A stretch of 64,000 nt of DNA from Callorhinchus milii (Eukaryota). This document shows, one piece after another, positions 12,236 to 26,416 of the stretch (position 1 is the first letter of the stretch; each line of letters opens with the position of its first letter). The stretch covers positions 102,302,001 through 102,366,000 of the forward strand of contig NW_024704743.1 of the NCBI RefSeq assembly GCF_018977255.1, given 5' to 3'. The translations under genes and the position numbers were made by a program. The notes under the pieces were generated by a model. The model did not search any database and was not told where the DNA came from. It worked only from the letters and a program-made list of their open reading frames with translations.

Positions 12236-12924
12236 TTTTTATACATCATTTTTCAACATTTTATTGTATATAAATATTCAATATTTTATATGTGATATTT
12301 ATCAGATAATGGAGTGAAATTCCAATGTTTTTCAACTGAATTCAAAAATCTATTGTGCAACAGCAGAGTTGTCATCCCCCTATTTCTTGCCTGAAGTGCA
12401 AGATTATTGTGTAATATGTTTGACTTAATAACTACTGATTAATGTTTAATATTACTTAAAATGTGACTATCATGCAAGATTTAATATCTAATAATGAGAG
12501 GAAGATTTTATGTTCAATAACCATGTTCAAAGGATTTCAATAATACTGAAAATATGATTGAAGAACAATGTTATTTATTTTTACTTTTCTGCACTTAGAG
12601 AATGTCAGTGCAGGATACGAGAGAAAACACCCGGCAGGACTGCTAATAATCTATGATCTTGGTCACAGCCCACTGCCCTTTATAAACTGAGATTTTATTT
12701 TCTATGGATTCCCAAAGAGCAGTTTCTAACTTTTGACAATACCAGAGTGAACAGGTTTAAGCAGCTTTATTTCCACTTGTCCTCACTTGTCTTGCCATCA
12801 CTAAAACCAACACTTTCATCTCTCAATCTCATTCTTAGTGTTATTACACTTTCCTTTATGCCTTCTATACAGAGAGAGCAAAGTCAAGATATGAAGAAAG
12901 AAAGGATTGGCTAGGAATAAGATT

Positions 12925-13240
12925 TAATAATAATAATCCTTGCATTTGATATAGTGCTTTTCACGTTGGGAGGACGTCCCAAAGCGCTTCATAGAACACA
13001 CTGTAAAGTGAATTGACTGTATATTTGTGGGCGAACGCGGCAGCCAATTGCGCACAGCAATGTCCCACAAACAGTCGTAGATTGAAAATGACCAATTTAT
13101 TATTGTTGTTGGTTTTGGAGGGATTATTATTAGACGTGTGGAGTAAGGAAACTTGCCCAAGGTTTTGCCCTGCCTGGAATTGAACTCAGGTCTCTCGCTT
13201 GCAAAGCGAGTGCTCTAACCACTGAGCTATAGGACTCCAC
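12925..13240 (-). mobile_element. Young tRNA-Ala SINE, full length
   Basis: Reverse complement of 3035-3364. Confidence 0.95.
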
Positions 13241-13339
13241 ATAGCAGACTTTGGCACAGCCTTGTAGCTCAAAAAATAAATGCCCTTTTTGCTTCAGATA
13301 TAAAATGTGGGGACATCTATAATAATTTTAATAAAAAGG

Positions 13340-13812
13340 CCTTCATATTTGATATCGTGCTTCAAGTATATTAGGGTTTGCACACAGCAATGTCCTGCAA
13401 AAAAAATGGACTGAATGGCCAATTTTAATTGGTGGGATTGTGGCCTAAAATTCAAGAAGAAAACCCTTGCCTTTTCAAGTATTGTTGGGGAAATTTAACT
13501 TTCACCTGAAAAAGCAGACAGGATCTTGGTTTCATGTCTCGTCTGAAGGATGGTACCTCTGACAATGCAGACTTCCCAAGCACAACGTTGGAGTGTCAGC
13601 CAATAATAATAATAATAATAATAAGACTATGAGTTCAGAATCCCAATTTGAGGCCACCTTCCCTTTCTGCCTGGCTTGGTGTCAAAGTCTGCATTGTTCA
13701 CACTTTGAGATGCTACCTGTGTGAAATGGTATATAAATGCAATAAATGTTGTTATTGTTGAAGTCAATCCTTCCAGCTGAGAGGTGAGAGTGCTACACAT
13801 TGAGGTAGGCTG
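13340..13812 (-). mobile_element. Ancient DeuSINE (SacSINE1-like), interrupted by an L2 tail
   Basis: Minus strand: tagcactctcacctctcag head; ggctgacactcc...gcattgtcagaggtaccatccttcagacgagacatgaaacc Deu block. Confidence 0.7.
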
Positions 13813-14314
13813 ACACATGATTCCAAAACCTCAGTGTATGTGCAGATGTTTAAGCTTACATCTACACTCAGAAGCACATGTATCGTTACAGTGGGGATGG
13901 CATTTTATAATGTGTTTGATATTCTAATTATGATAATGAATTGCTGTAGTGCCTTATGGACCACTCATCACAAAGCTGAATGTGATTTATCCCGTGAGAA
14001 GAGACAGACTTTGTCCGTCTTTAGGAACCTTCACTTTCTTTTAATAGTATACTATTGATACATGCTTGACTGAATATTAATACTGGGAATTGTGAACTAC
14101 TGGGTGATAATACAAGCTGATCTTATTGTAATGTATCTACACTGTACCTGAAACTTTTTTATAGATGTCCCCACATTTTTATTCTGAAGCAAAAAAAGGT
14201 GTTCATTTGTTAGAGCTGCAGGGCTTAACCAAAGTCTGTTTTAAATCGTATTCCTAGCCAATCCTTCCTTTCTTCATAATGTACCTGGAAGGGACTATTA
14301 TTTGAATGCAAGGA

Positions 14315-15015
14315 AAATAATACGTATGGAAAATGAAAAGGACCTGGGGGTCCTGATTGACAATAAGTTAAAGCTCTCACAACAATGCTCTGTGTCAATG
14401 AGTAAAGCAAACCAGATGTTGGGATGTATCAAAAGATCAATAGCAAGCCGAAACAGTGCCACTGGATAAATCGTTGATGAGAGCATGTTTAGAGTATTGC
14501 GTACAGTACTAGTCGCTGAAGTACAAAAAGGATATTGGAGAAATTGAGAAGTTACAGAGGAGGGCAACCACAATGATTGAGAATGGAATGACTGGACTAT
14601 GAGGAGCGACAGTATATTGAGCATGTTCACACTGGAAAAAGAAAGATTGAGGCGACATGATTGCAGTCTTTCACTTTCTAAAGGTGCAAGACAATATAGA
14701 TCACAACACGCTGCTTCAACTTGTCCAGAATAGTAAAAAACAAAGGATTAAAGAGTGCGAACCAGAACGAATCTACGCAAACTCTATTTCAGTGAACAAA
14801 TAGTGAACCTGTGGAACAGGCTCCCTAGGGAGACTGTTGAAACAGGAAGTGTTGATTCTTTCAAACACAGATTAGATAGTTTTCTTTTGGAAAAAACATT
14901 ATGGGATATAGCACATAGGTATTTTATACCTATGTGCATGTGACAGCCAGGAAGGTGGAAGGTGAACTAGATGGACTTGGTCTTTTTTCATCTAGAATTT
15001 GCTATGTTCTTATGT
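14315..15015 (+). mobile_element. Degenerate CR1 3' fragment
   Basis: EKDLGVLID and YFSEQIVNLWNRLP motifs; ...ctatgttcttatgt tail. Confidence 0.85.
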
Positions 15016-17046
15016 ACTGATATAGCATGGGTCTGTTTATAGTGTGGTTGGACTATGGACCAAAGATTACGGGAATTGTGGTATAAATCTGCCTTATGCT
15101 GCTGATGCGCATCAGCAACAACAAATTACATTTATGTAGTGCCTTTCATGCCAGGAAGACATCCCAAGGCACTGGACACATAGGAAGTGATGTCAGCATT
15201 GTTTTGTCACCTCTTGTGCACTGCAAGCTTGTTGGACATCACTTTGTGTGCACTTTGCATGGGTGTTGTATGCAGGAAGTGACACTGCAATCATTTTCTT
15301 TGCCCAGCATGCAAGAAGTGACCTTCAAGAGACCTGAAGAACTAAAAATGCTGACCAGGTTTTTGCAAGCCTATTTATAACACAGGTTCTGAGTTTATGG
15401 ACGCAAACCAACATGTTGAAATGCAAGTCAGCCAACATCAGGTGTCCCAAAGCAAAAATGTGTCGCTCACTGTACTTAATGTTTCTGTAAAAAGATGTTA
15501 TTTTTTCCTCTAGGTTTCATTTTGATAAAATAAAAAATATTCCTTGAATTTGATATAGAGCTTTAGCATGTCATATAAATGTCTCAAACAGTATTTTTGT
15601 ATATGTTTATATTTTTTAAAATTGATTAGCCAGGTGACACCTGACACATGGAGAAACCCATCAGCTTGGGATCTTTAACATCTACCTGATGGCTAGGTGT
15701 CATGGTTATAAATGATATCTCTTTATCACAAGTAATAAAAGAGAACAGTTAATCTTACACATCAATGTGTCATATTGACATAAAAGTGTTTTCTGATTAT
15801 AGTAGGTTTATACTATTTTTTGAAACTATTCTTATGGAGTTAATTATTGAGTTTCATTGGGCTAAACACCAAAATCGGAAGGCTTACAAACGATCAGAAT
15901 GTGGCTGTCTTACATGTCGTTGTTGCCTTACTTCCGATGTCTGTTATCGTGATTTGATCTCAGCGTTCAGTCTTGGTAGCTCGTGCAGTCTATGTTATGA
16001 ATTGATATATCCCATTTGATATTCCTCACATGCTTTCCCTCGTGCTCTGAAGCCATGGTCCTACCATTTAGGCTTGATGTTTGTTGACACAACTGGTAGA
16101 GTCATTTTCAGCTATCTGCCTATTAACAACTGCACAGGTCTGCATCTGTTTGGCTGTAGGCTATTAAAGTATGTTAAGATAAATATGGATCTTTCACTTT
16201 CCTGAGTAGGTTGTTTATACTCTGTACTGCCCTCACCATCTCACCACTGTCTTGCAGATCCTTGGGCAAACAGGGATGTGAACTAATCGATATAGCTCCA
16301 AAAATGCATCAAAGCCTGGAGGGGAAATATTGTGTTCCATTATCTGAAATTACCTCTTCTGATATTGCTTGAGGGGCATCTATTGATTTCAGATATTCCA
16401 CAATGCTTTGTGACATGGCATAAGTCAACAGTGTTGTCCCCCCAAAATTATGAGAAGCATTGTGCAACGAAAGGTTATATCAGCTTTCTAGAAAATACTT
16501 GCCTTATAGCCTTGAAACATCTCAAAGCACAAACCCTACTGATTATTGCCCAAGTCACATATATTTCCTAAAGTTTTGATGTATTGATATCCACTGATAA
16601 GAAAACAGATATTCTTTCTGACGTCTTGTAGAAATCTCCAGCGCTCTATCAATGCATATTATTATTCCATTGTCCAGTGCACAACTTCAATCTCTCTCAA
16701 ATTCCTTCTATTCTCTCCAAATCCTACACCATATTTTACAATCAGGTTAGAGTCTATCCTTTGGGGAATATTCTGCAATAATTTTAAATGATTCTTTTGT
16801 GAAGAATGAAAATGGATACTCCTTCTGGTAACAGGATGTACATATGTCATACAAGGTCAGTGTCCTGGCCAACAATTGCCAAGATAATATTGGGCATTCA
16901 CTTCAATGGATGTTTGTGGGACATTGCTGTTTGCAAATTGGCTGCCACATTTACCCACATAATACTATGTGTCTATACTTCACAGTAAATTCCTGTGATT
17001 CCTTTTGAGAACTGCTTCTGACATGAAAGGTGCTATAGGGGGTACT

Positions 17047-17267
17047 CCCTGGAACTCCATCCCGCAGTCCCTCCGCCTCGTCCCCTTCCTTGCCTCCTTC
17101 AAGAGCCACCTAAAGATCCTACTCTTCAACCATACCTTCGGTCACCTGCTTGGCCTCCATCCTCCCCGATCCTGACCCATGCTTGTGTCCGAAACACTGA
17201 TTGCTCAGTATCTTGGGACGTCCTCTCAATGTGAAAAGGACTGTGCAAATGTAATTTTGTTGTTGTT
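17047..17267 (+). mobile_element. L2 3' fragment (preceded by an old SINE 3' half at ~16855-17037)
   Basis: ctggaactccatcccgcagtccctccgcc...gggacgtcctc...(GTT)n. Confidence 0.85.
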
Positions 17268-18836
17268 GGGTGCAAGTATGATTTGTTCATGGGAAATCCA
17301 TTCTAAAAGTCAATTGTGATGAATGGTGTTCCCCTGAGTCAATATGATGTGCTTTTTTTAATCAAGGTTTTCCTTAATTAAAACTCCCTTATTAATTAAT
17401 TCTGACTGCTATAATATACCTGAGGTTTTATTTTAGTTGCTGGTAGGCTTTGTGCAATCATGTTTACTTAACTATCCACATCTTCCTCGAATCTCTCAAC
17501 TGTTTTGCTCACTTCCACTTCTTGAGCTGATGATAGAATATTAGCCTTTATCATATTTTTCCTGCTGCATCCCTAATTGTATGTGAGGAGCTAATGAGGC
17601 AGTTTATTCACAGTGGCAACTCTTCCACATTTTTAGATCTCAATCATCAAATCTGTGGCTTGTGATCTGTCTCAACTTTGCAGGAAGAAATCTTTCCAAT
17701 GAGGCAACTGAGACGCTTCCTCACATCATGTTAAGCTGAAGACTGTGAATCTTTCTTACACCATGTTTAGGTGAGATTCCTCCTCGCGCTGTGTTTCTGT
17801 GATTTCAATAAACTACCAAGACCTTATAATAATACATTTGCTTGTACATTGCATAGGTATTCCTTTCTGGGGTAAGAAGTTCCAGTTAGATGAACTACTC
17901 GATTCAGATTTTAGTTCTGAACAACAAATTACATTTGTACAGTGCCATTCAAGTCGTGAGGACATCCCAAATGCTTATTATTCAACACTATCATAACAGG
18001 AGGCATTCCTTTTACCCGAAAGTTATTTGGTTTTCTCTGTTACCTGTTTAAGCACTCCCCGGGATGCTACCCTGCATGAAGTGCACTACATAAATGCAAG
18101 TTGTTGTTGTTGATGTGAGCTGGTTTGCATACCGAGGAATTGTCCAATGATCACTCCTGGAGACTTGTTGGTTATTGCTTGCATATTCTCATGGTCTACC
18201 TTTGCTCCTGCATGTCTAGCACAGGTACAAACTTTGGCCTTTCCCAAAGTTTCTCACCTTTGAGGTTGACAGAGATACAGGCACAAATCATTTGTTTGCA
18301 TGGTGAACCGAACCCACGGTGTAGTACTTAATGAAGGGATGTAGTTTGCTTGGTCAAATTAAGGCTTTCAAACATTACAGGAAGGAAAATATTAGTGTTT
18401 GTTGTTATAATCATCACCAGAGATAACCATCAAAAAGACAAAAAAGATAGATTTTTTTTGTCACAAGATCAGTTTGGATGAAAAAGGCTTTCAGCCCATT
18501 TGATCTCATCCCTCCAGAATACCCACCCTTCAAACACAGCCTCAAGCTGTTTCTTTTTAAGTGAGTCCAGTGCCCTGGGCCTAACTTCCCTTCCTAGAAA
18601 CCTGTTTCAGTCCTTAATTACTCTCTGACTTAAGAGTTTAAAATTAAGTTTGTAACTCAACACTTGAATTGCTTTTGGAGAATTATTTTTTCCTTGATGA
18701 AAGACAGAATTCAAAATGCTACATTCTTATTTTAGTTGGTGAGATTGCTGAATTAACCTTTATTTTGAGTAAAATGCAGCCTTATATCTTTTAATTTCCA
18801 ATTGAAAAGAACTACATCAATTCAGGAGATAATGAT

Positions 18837-19200
18837 GGTATCAAGTTGGCTCAAGTGGTTACACTCTTGTTTCTGAGTCAGAAGGTTGCGGATTCAAGCT
18901 ATTTTGGGACTTTGAACTCATAGTCCATGTTGGTATTGCAGTACATTCGTAGAGGTACCGTTCTTTGGATGAGATATTAAACCATGATCCCATCTGTGCC
19001 TGTTCAGATGGGTGTTACAAATACCATGGTACTGTGTGAAAAGAGAAGAGAGTTTTTCCTAATATCATGGCCAACAATTCTCCAGATAATATTGATCAAT
19101 GACTTCATGACTATTTGTGCATTTTGGCTGCCATGTTCACTAACAAAATAAACAGTTAATTTACAGTATATTCTGTGAAGCACTTGAGACACCCTCACAA
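18837..19200 (+). mobile_element. Ancient DeuSINE (SacSINE1-like), near full length
   Basis: tggctcaagtgg...tctgagtcagaaggttgcggattcaag head; gaggtaccgttctttggatgagatattaaacc...ttcagatgg...ccatggtac Deu block. Confidence 0.8.
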
Positions 19201-19207
19201 CATACAA

Positions 19208-19328
19208 ATCGCCCACAAATATACAGTCAATTCACTTTACAGTGTGTTCTGTGAAGCGCTTTGGGACGTCCTCCCGACGTGAAAAGCGCTATATCAAATG
19301 CAAGGATTATTATTATTATTATTATTAT
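19208..19328 (+). mobile_element. Young SINE 3' fragment inserted in the DeuSINE tail
   Basis: Matches the 3' ~120 nt of 3035-3364. Confidence 0.9.
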
Positions 19329-19489
19329 CGCTATATCAAATAAAAGCATTATTGTAAGGATAACAACAGCTGTTATTAATGTGGCTTTATAAATTGTTTT
19401 AATCTCAGACATGTGGGAAAGTGACCACATATCAATAGCCTTCAATTTAGCTTGGCAAATAGCATCAGCAAGCAATCAAACTTCAGTGT

Positions 19490-20070
19490 ACAACTTTAGG
19501 TGGGCAAACTTCAGGGGCTGAGGATTAAGCTAAGAGACATGGACTGGGAGGAATTGCATAAAAGTAAATCAGTTGAGGATAAAGAACATTATGCAGGTGC
19601 ATGAAGGACAAGTATATACCTTACTGCAGCAGGGGCAAAATAAACAAAAACACAGGGATGATCCACAGTGTTAGAGGAATGAAATACGAGCAAAGATTAG
19701 ACATGTTAGAGCTCTTCAGTCTTGAAAGATGACTCAATGCACCTTATTGAGGTCACACATTTTTAATGAAATTGAAGAAGTAAATCCAGTTCACTACTAT
19801 AGGATGTATTAAGACAGTAGAACAAGACATAGTTTAGAGATAAATAGGGCAATTTTAGGACATGTATCAGGAAGTTCTTTTCTTTATGCATAAGGTAATC
19901 AATGACTGGAACAGGTTGCTAGGAAGGGTGGTAGAACCCAAGACACTTGACTCATTTAAAAAGCAGCTTCATGCAGTCATGGGGGATAGTAGGCTGGGTG
20001 TTCTGGAGAGATGAGATCGAATAGGCCGAAGGGATTTCTTCATCCAAACCAATCTTGTAATCTTGTGCTT
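19490..20070 (+). mobile_element. Highly degenerate CR1 fragments
   Basis: gcaaacttcaggggctgagg..., ctcttcagtcttgaaa..., gactggaacaggttgc... and a CR1-like 3' UTR. Confidence 0.6.
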
Positions 20071-20900
20071 GCCATGGAGCGTCATGCCTGCCTGCTGTCA
20101 TCTCCCCTAGGTCTGCAAGAGGCATCTCGTTCAGTTGTTTATAATATTTTGGTGGTGAGTGCTTACAATAAAATATCAGATGAATAAGCAAACACCAACA
20201 AAGGTCAGTGGAAAGACCAAAATTATTTTTAATGTAAGATTTTAAGAAATATATATCTGTTGTATTGTAATAATGTTACCAGCATCTCAGTAACATTATC
20301 ACTATGGTTTTTTTTCAGCATTAGAGTTTGCGAACTGGAATCTCAAAATGAAATAGTCAGCCCCCAAATACAGGATACCCTGAAGATGCTGCACTCTAAG
20401 GGTTGAACATGGCTTACATTTTTGCCTCCCTTTTGATTGATGGAGATAGACATTGTCCTAGCTCATGCAATGGCTTATTGTTAAAATGTGCTCTATTTTC
20501 AGCAGTAACGCCAGTATCAATTTAATTTTTTATCCCTGCTGAGAAGATTTTGAAGCTGTCAGGCACTCACTTCATCCACCAAAGACTATTAAAGAGCACC
20601 CTTCACACTTGTAATAGTCTTTATTGCAGATAGATTAAAAAAAGCATACACAGAAAATAACGGATGCAAGTTATCACGTCTTTCTCATTTGTGGAATGAA
20701 TTTTGCACTCCAATTTTTCTGTGGAGTAGCCTCTTTATTCAATTATTTCCTTGGCTGTGTAATTACAGGTTATATACTTCCCAGTGTGATTGAGAATTAA
20801 TACATAACACAGCAGCTGGAGAGTGAAGATATTAGTCCAAGGTCATGCAGTAACAAAAAAAGAACAATTTTAATGGAATAAAATAATGTTGCATTTCAGC

Positions 20901-21207
20901 ATAATAATAATAATAATCCTTGCATTTGATATAGTGCTTTTCACGTCTTCTAGATGTTTCAAAGCGCTTCACAGAATATGCTGTAAAGTGAATTGACTGT
21001 ATATTTGTGGGCGAACGCGGCAGCCAATTGTGCACAACAGTGTCCCACAAACAGTCGTAGATTGAAAATGACCAATTTATTACTGTTTTGTTTTTGAAGG
21101 GATTATTATTAGATGTGTGGAGTAAGGAAACTTACCCAAGGTTTCGCCCTGCCTGGAATTGAACCCAGGTGTCTCGCTTGCAAAGCGAGTGGTCTAACCA
21201 CTGAGCT
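20901..21207 (-). mobile_element. Young tRNA-Ala SINE
   Basis: Reverse complement of the family, lacking the first ~10 nt. Confidence 0.92.
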
Positions 21208-21554
21208 TCATTCATTGCTATCAGCATCACAATTCTACAACATTCTTTGTTGGAAAGACTTCTGGAATGCAATATTTCACTTATAGAAAACAATTCATGA
21301 GATATAATAAAATAATAATAATCCTTACATCTGATATAGTACATTTCATGTTGGGAGGAAGTCTCAAAGCGCTTCACAGGCTTTACTGTGGAGTGGAGTG
21401 TTTGTAAACACAATAGCCAATTTGAGCACAGCAATGTCCAACAGTCATGAAGTGATGATCGCTTTTATGTAGGGCATTTGTTCTCAAATTGGGGTCTGCA
21501 GAGCAATTGTTTTGCAGGACACTGGGAGAAGCTCGCTTCTCTTTTTAAATTTTT

Positions 21555-21688
21555 AATAAATTGTTAAAATTAGTTTTATGTTTCAAGCAGAATTTCTGTG
21601 GTTCTTAAAAAGAAATTTACAGAAAACCAGCTTCACAATTGAAAACTGCTTTTAAAAATTTGACAAATTCTGGATACTCTGAAATAAT
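21555..21688. repeat. Palindromic MITE-like element copy 1
   Basis: Imperfect fold-back centred on ttcttaaaaagaa; homologous to 27961-28080. Confidence 0.7.
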
Positions 21689-22259
21689 TCTATGAATAGA
21701 GTAAATATAAACCTGGATGACATTTTTACCCATTAGAGTGACATGCCCTATATCAAATGCAAGGACAATTTTTATTATTTTTTGATACATCTTGCAGTAC
21801 CTGATTCACTTTCACATATTTAGACTTCACATGTATGAAGAAAGAATCTGCTTTGTATTGCTAATTATCAAATGTTTGAATGAAATTGTGATGAATACAG
21901 TTTCTATTCTAAAGTACAGCTATTTCTAATAAATAAAATATATCAATAAAGTATTTTGAAGCAGTCATACAATCAATGCAATGCAACAAAATGATGACAA
22001 GATAGATTTCTGCTCACTGGGGATAGAGTTCAATGATTAAAACTTAGTATGAGAGTATGTAAACAGCTACACTTAACAGAATGTGGCTTCCTGGGACATT
22101 TGTTCACACTATTTGTCAAATCAATCAGGCTTTACAGTATCCTAATGCAAGCTATCTCCTGACAAATCTCATCTATTTGACAATATGAGAAAATCATAAC
22201 AAGAAAGTTACTTCCAACTTTACAATGACATTTAGCTCAAACAGATAATAATATTAGGA

Positions 22260-22366
22260 ACATTTAATATAATTTAATATATTAAACCTTACATTTAATA
22301 TAATTTAATATATTAAACCTTACATTTAATATAATTTAATATATTAAACCTTACATTTAATATAAT
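22260..22366. repeat. 31-bp tandem repeat, 3.5 copies (acatttaatataatttaatatattaaacctt)
   Basis: Three identical units plus a partial one, merging into a reverse SINE tail (22345-22485). Confidence 0.95.
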
Positions 22367-24229
22367 GCCTTATCACATCATTGAGATGTCTCAAAGCACT
22401 TCACAGAATATATTGTAAAGTGGATTGGCTGTATATCTTGTGGGTGAAAAGTGGCAGCCAATTACGCACAGCAATGTCCCACAAAAATGAAGAAAAACAT
22501 TTAGTTAATTTCATCTTCTGCTTCTAGAAAACCACACAAAAGAGTATTAAGCTGTTTCTTAAATGTGCCCAGTGTTCTGAGCTCCACCACTGCTCCATTT
22601 ACTGATCTAGTTGTTTGTTATAGTCTGCATGAAGAAATATGATCAATGCCTGTCCTAAACTTATCTTTCACACCCCTGAATCTGTGTTTTCTTCTGTTAC
22701 CTTGACATATCTGAAATTATTGTTCATTTTGCATCAGATATGCTATGTCCTTTATTGGGCAGTTAAATAAAAATGTAATTCATATTTCCAGATTTCTCAA
22801 TTGCCTCCAGAATTACAAAGGTACGATTTTGAAGTTTTTATTTTTGGCCATGTTGCAGGACATAATAACAAGAGCTGAGTGTGAAAAATTGCTCCCCCCA
22901 GTGACTGGTCAATTCTATTGATCTGACTCCCAATGGTCAGATCAAGTTTGCACACTTTAGAATAAGTTATGTTTCTGATTAACTGCTGGAGTATGAGGTT
23001 CACACTAGAATTCCAGGCCATCTGTTCACACCAAGTATGTGTGCCTTACATTCCCATCTCTTTAAAGCTCTCTTGTAGACGTAGAATTTCATAGAACAGT
23101 GCAGCATGAAAAGAGGTCATTCGACCTAACTACTCTTTGGCGATGTTTATTCTTCACATGAGCCTCCACCCCTCCTATAACCTTTCCTGTAGCCCTGTAT
23201 TCCCTTCTCCTTCATTTATGCATTGAGTTTCCACTTATATATGATTTATATAAATAGATCAGTTACACCTCAGAAACTTTAGTTATCATATTCAAACTCG
23301 AGAAGCTGAAAATCCATTATATTTGTGATACCAATTCTGTGTCCAAAGAGAAGAATTAAGGGGAAATTGAATTACTTTAGGCTTGTCAGTAAATATGCTT
23401 AATGACAGCATATTGTTTTATTTAGTAGTACATGTACTGACCTTGGTGGGGTGCTAATATCATGGGAGACGAGCAGTAGACTTGGTAAATCTAACAATAA
23501 GTAGAAAATCACCCTATGAGTCATTAGTGGAGTGATTAATATCACGATTCATTACCCCTATATGCACAAATGTTAATAGACTTTTTTTAAATAAGTTATT
23601 TATAACTTCAATGTGGATTCATTTGCAGATATCTTTTTTCTTAGCTCTGCACTCTAGATGTCATGGAACGTATTCCAATACTTTTAATAATTTATTTTGT
23701 ATTCTTAATTTTCATTCTTTTTCCTCACTTATTCACTCCCATCTCTTGAAGTCTTGTTTGCACAATGTGGACCTGGACTGATTCTGATTCCATTTAACAA
23801 TATTAAGAGCTCCAATGTACAGCAGCATTGAACCCGACTATTGTGACTCCATCAGGGTGGGGTGGACAATCACACCAATGTACCACTCAATGTCTTTAGT
23901 TAGTGATAGAGAGGAATGAACGGAACTTTCAACAATGCATTAAATAAACCATCACTGGTCATAATCTCCCCAATATAATTATTAGCATTAATAATAGTGA
24001 CAGTACAGCTTTCACTTCTGACTGGAATGGTTATCCAACATTTGTGAATAGAGAGGATGCTAGTTGACAGCGCTGTGATGAAAAATGATTCACATCCCTC
24101 TGGTTCATAAATAATCTTCCAGTGACATTAAGCCACAACTCAGGCTCCCAGGCAGTTGTCTAAAGTGCTTTGTGGCACCCTCCCAACATTAAAGGCGGCT
24201 TTATAGTCTCCTGCCAAATGTTTCCCAAA

Positions 24230-24420
24230 TAAAAATTGATCATTCACTTCATGGCTGTTCATGGGATATTGCTGTATGCAAACTGTTTGCCGTGTTTACC
24301 TGCTAAATACAGTCACTGCACTTTACAGTAAATCCTATGAAGCGCTTTGAGACATTCTCACAATGTGAAAGGCACTTATGTAATTAATTACTTTATGTAA
24401 ATGGAAATTATTGTTGTTAT
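24230..24420 (+). mobile_element. Old SINE 3' half (Deu block plus L2-like tail)
   Basis: ggctgttcatgggatattgctgtatgcaaac...gaagcgctttgagac. Confidence 0.7.
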
Positions 24421-24885
24421 GCCCCTCCTGGAGAAAAAAAATTCTATTCTTCTGTTACCTGGTGAAAATCTTCCACACCCACTCTTTGTACTCTCTGTAG
24501 CTCATTCAAGATTATTCTCTGCTGAGTTGTCAGACCAGCCCACCAATAGAAATCTTTATTGTGTTAAGATCCCCCAGCATAAAGTATCTTCTGTATTCCC
24601 ACAGTGAAAAATGACTTCCCCAAGGCTGTTTGCTCAGATTTTACTTGGGTAGCAAAACCATAAAAATACATTTAAATTTTTTTTTGCATTCAAAGCCTCT
24701 GTAAGCATGCCAAATCGAATATGTCTTACAAATGGCGAGATGTGATAAATATCTTTTTTTCAGGGGCTGACATTTTCACACATGGTAGCTTTATTTGCTC
24801 ATGAATCACATGTCAGTCAACCTCATTTGTAATGATAATGAATGTATCTCTTTGTTGACCATGGCAGAAATATCTTCTCTCATCC

Positions 24886-25620
24886 TAACAACAACAACAA
24901 CTTGGATTTATATAGCGCCCTCCACGCCGGACGGCATCTCAGAGCGCTTTACAGTAACGGATCCCGGGGCCGAGCCAGGGGAAGGGGGAGGAAGGTGACC
25001 AAAGGCGAGGTCGAAAAGAAGGGTTTTCAGCAGGGACCTGAAAATGGGAAGGGAGGGAGTGAGGCGAAGTGAGTGAGTAAGGCAGTTCCAGAGCCTCGGG
25101 GCATAGTGGCTGAAGGCATTTCCACCGAGGGTGGAGCGGAGGACTCGGGGAATGAGGAGGAGGCCAGACCCAGAGGAACGAAGGCAACGGGTGCTGTTTT
25201 GAGGAGAGAGGAGGTCACAGAGGTAAGGGGGTGCAGAGGAGTGCAAGAACTTGATTATAAGGGAGAGGATCTTGAAGTCGATCCTCTCTGGGATAGGCAA
25301 TTAGTGCAGTCTGGCAAGGACTCAGGTGATCGGGGAGTGGAGTTTGGTTTGGGTGAGAATGCGGTGGGCAGAATTTTGAATTATTTGGATTTTATGGATG
25401 GTAGTGGATGGGAGACCGGTGAGGAGGGCGTTAGAGTAGTCCAGCCGAGAGGTGGCAAAGGCATGGACCAGGGTTTCAGCGGCTTTTGGAGAGAGGTATC
25501 GGCGGAGACGGGTGATGCGTCGGCGGTGGTAGAAGGCGGTGCTGGTGAGGGACCAGATGTGGGAGAGGAAGTATAGTTGGGGGTCGAACCTGATGCCTAG
25601 GTTGCGTACAGAGGACTGAT
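24886..25620 (-). mobile_element. L2 3' fragment
   Basis: ORF 24908-25300 (ERIDFKIL...APRLWNCL); (AAC)n reverse tail. Confidence 0.93.
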
Positions 25621-25671
25621 AAGGATTGGTTAGTTTCAGGGACGCTGAAAATACTGGAACAAGGTATAAGC

Positions 25672-26060
25672 ATGATGCAATTGGTAGAAACTTTCACTTT
25701 TAAGTCAGAAGATTGTAGGCTCAAGTCTTACTTGGAGCTTATATTCTATGCTGATACTCCAGTGCAGTGCTCGGCAAGTGCTGCATTATCAGAGGTGCCT
25801 GTGAGACGTCTAATCAAACGCAAGGATTATTATTATCAAACATTAAACTAAGGACCTATCTACTTATTCAGATGGAAGTTAAAGATGATTTGAAACATTC
25901 CCACAGATAAAAAAAATGCTCCTTCATTTCAGAGTTATTCGTGGGATATTGTTGTGCACAAATTGACTGATATGTTCACCCATAGATTCATAGCACTTTA
26001 CTAGAAAACTCCTTAAAGTACGTTTTGACTTGGTAAGACATTTTATTGAATGAAAGCATT
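25672..26060 (+). mobile_element. Ancient DeuSINE, degenerate
   Basis: ttggtag...agtcagaagattgtaggctcaagtc...gctgatactccagtgcagtgct...gtgctgcattatcagaggtgcc. Confidence 0.7.
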
Positions 26061-26416
26061 ATTATAGCAAAACAATTATATGTTATTTAATGATGCACGA
26101 TGAGTTTACAATGCATGTGCTTTTCAAAACAGAAAAAAATAAAAACACATCTTTTTGCTCCTTTGAACTCCCCAGGTGTCTCCAGTATCTCCAGCATTGA
26201 ACACATAACCTGATCTGAATTTCTTCAAATCTATCCCAGCGTTATCTAAAGTGTAAACAATGGAGACTTGATTACATTATGATGGAACAAATGTTCATTG
26301 GCCCGTTAAGTGCACCACTTAAGCATACGGATAGGGCCAATTAGAGTAATATGCTTCATTGAGTACATTAACTTTCCTTCCTCATCAGATTAATATAATC
26401 AGTTAGTCCCTTTTGC

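Larger units (their letters stand above)
12890..14278. repeat. ~120-bp long inverted repeat (left arm 12890-13322 split by a SINE; right arm 14160-14278)
   Basis: atgaagaaagaaaggattggctaggaataagatttaa[SINE]...cagactttgg...gcttcagatataaaatgtggggacatctata matches the reverse complement of 14160-14278. Confidence 0.85.

Noticed and set aside
20319..20406. Acceptor followed by IRVCELESQNEIVSPQIQDTLKMLHSKG*
   Set aside because: Short, unrecognised and unsupported by any partner exon.
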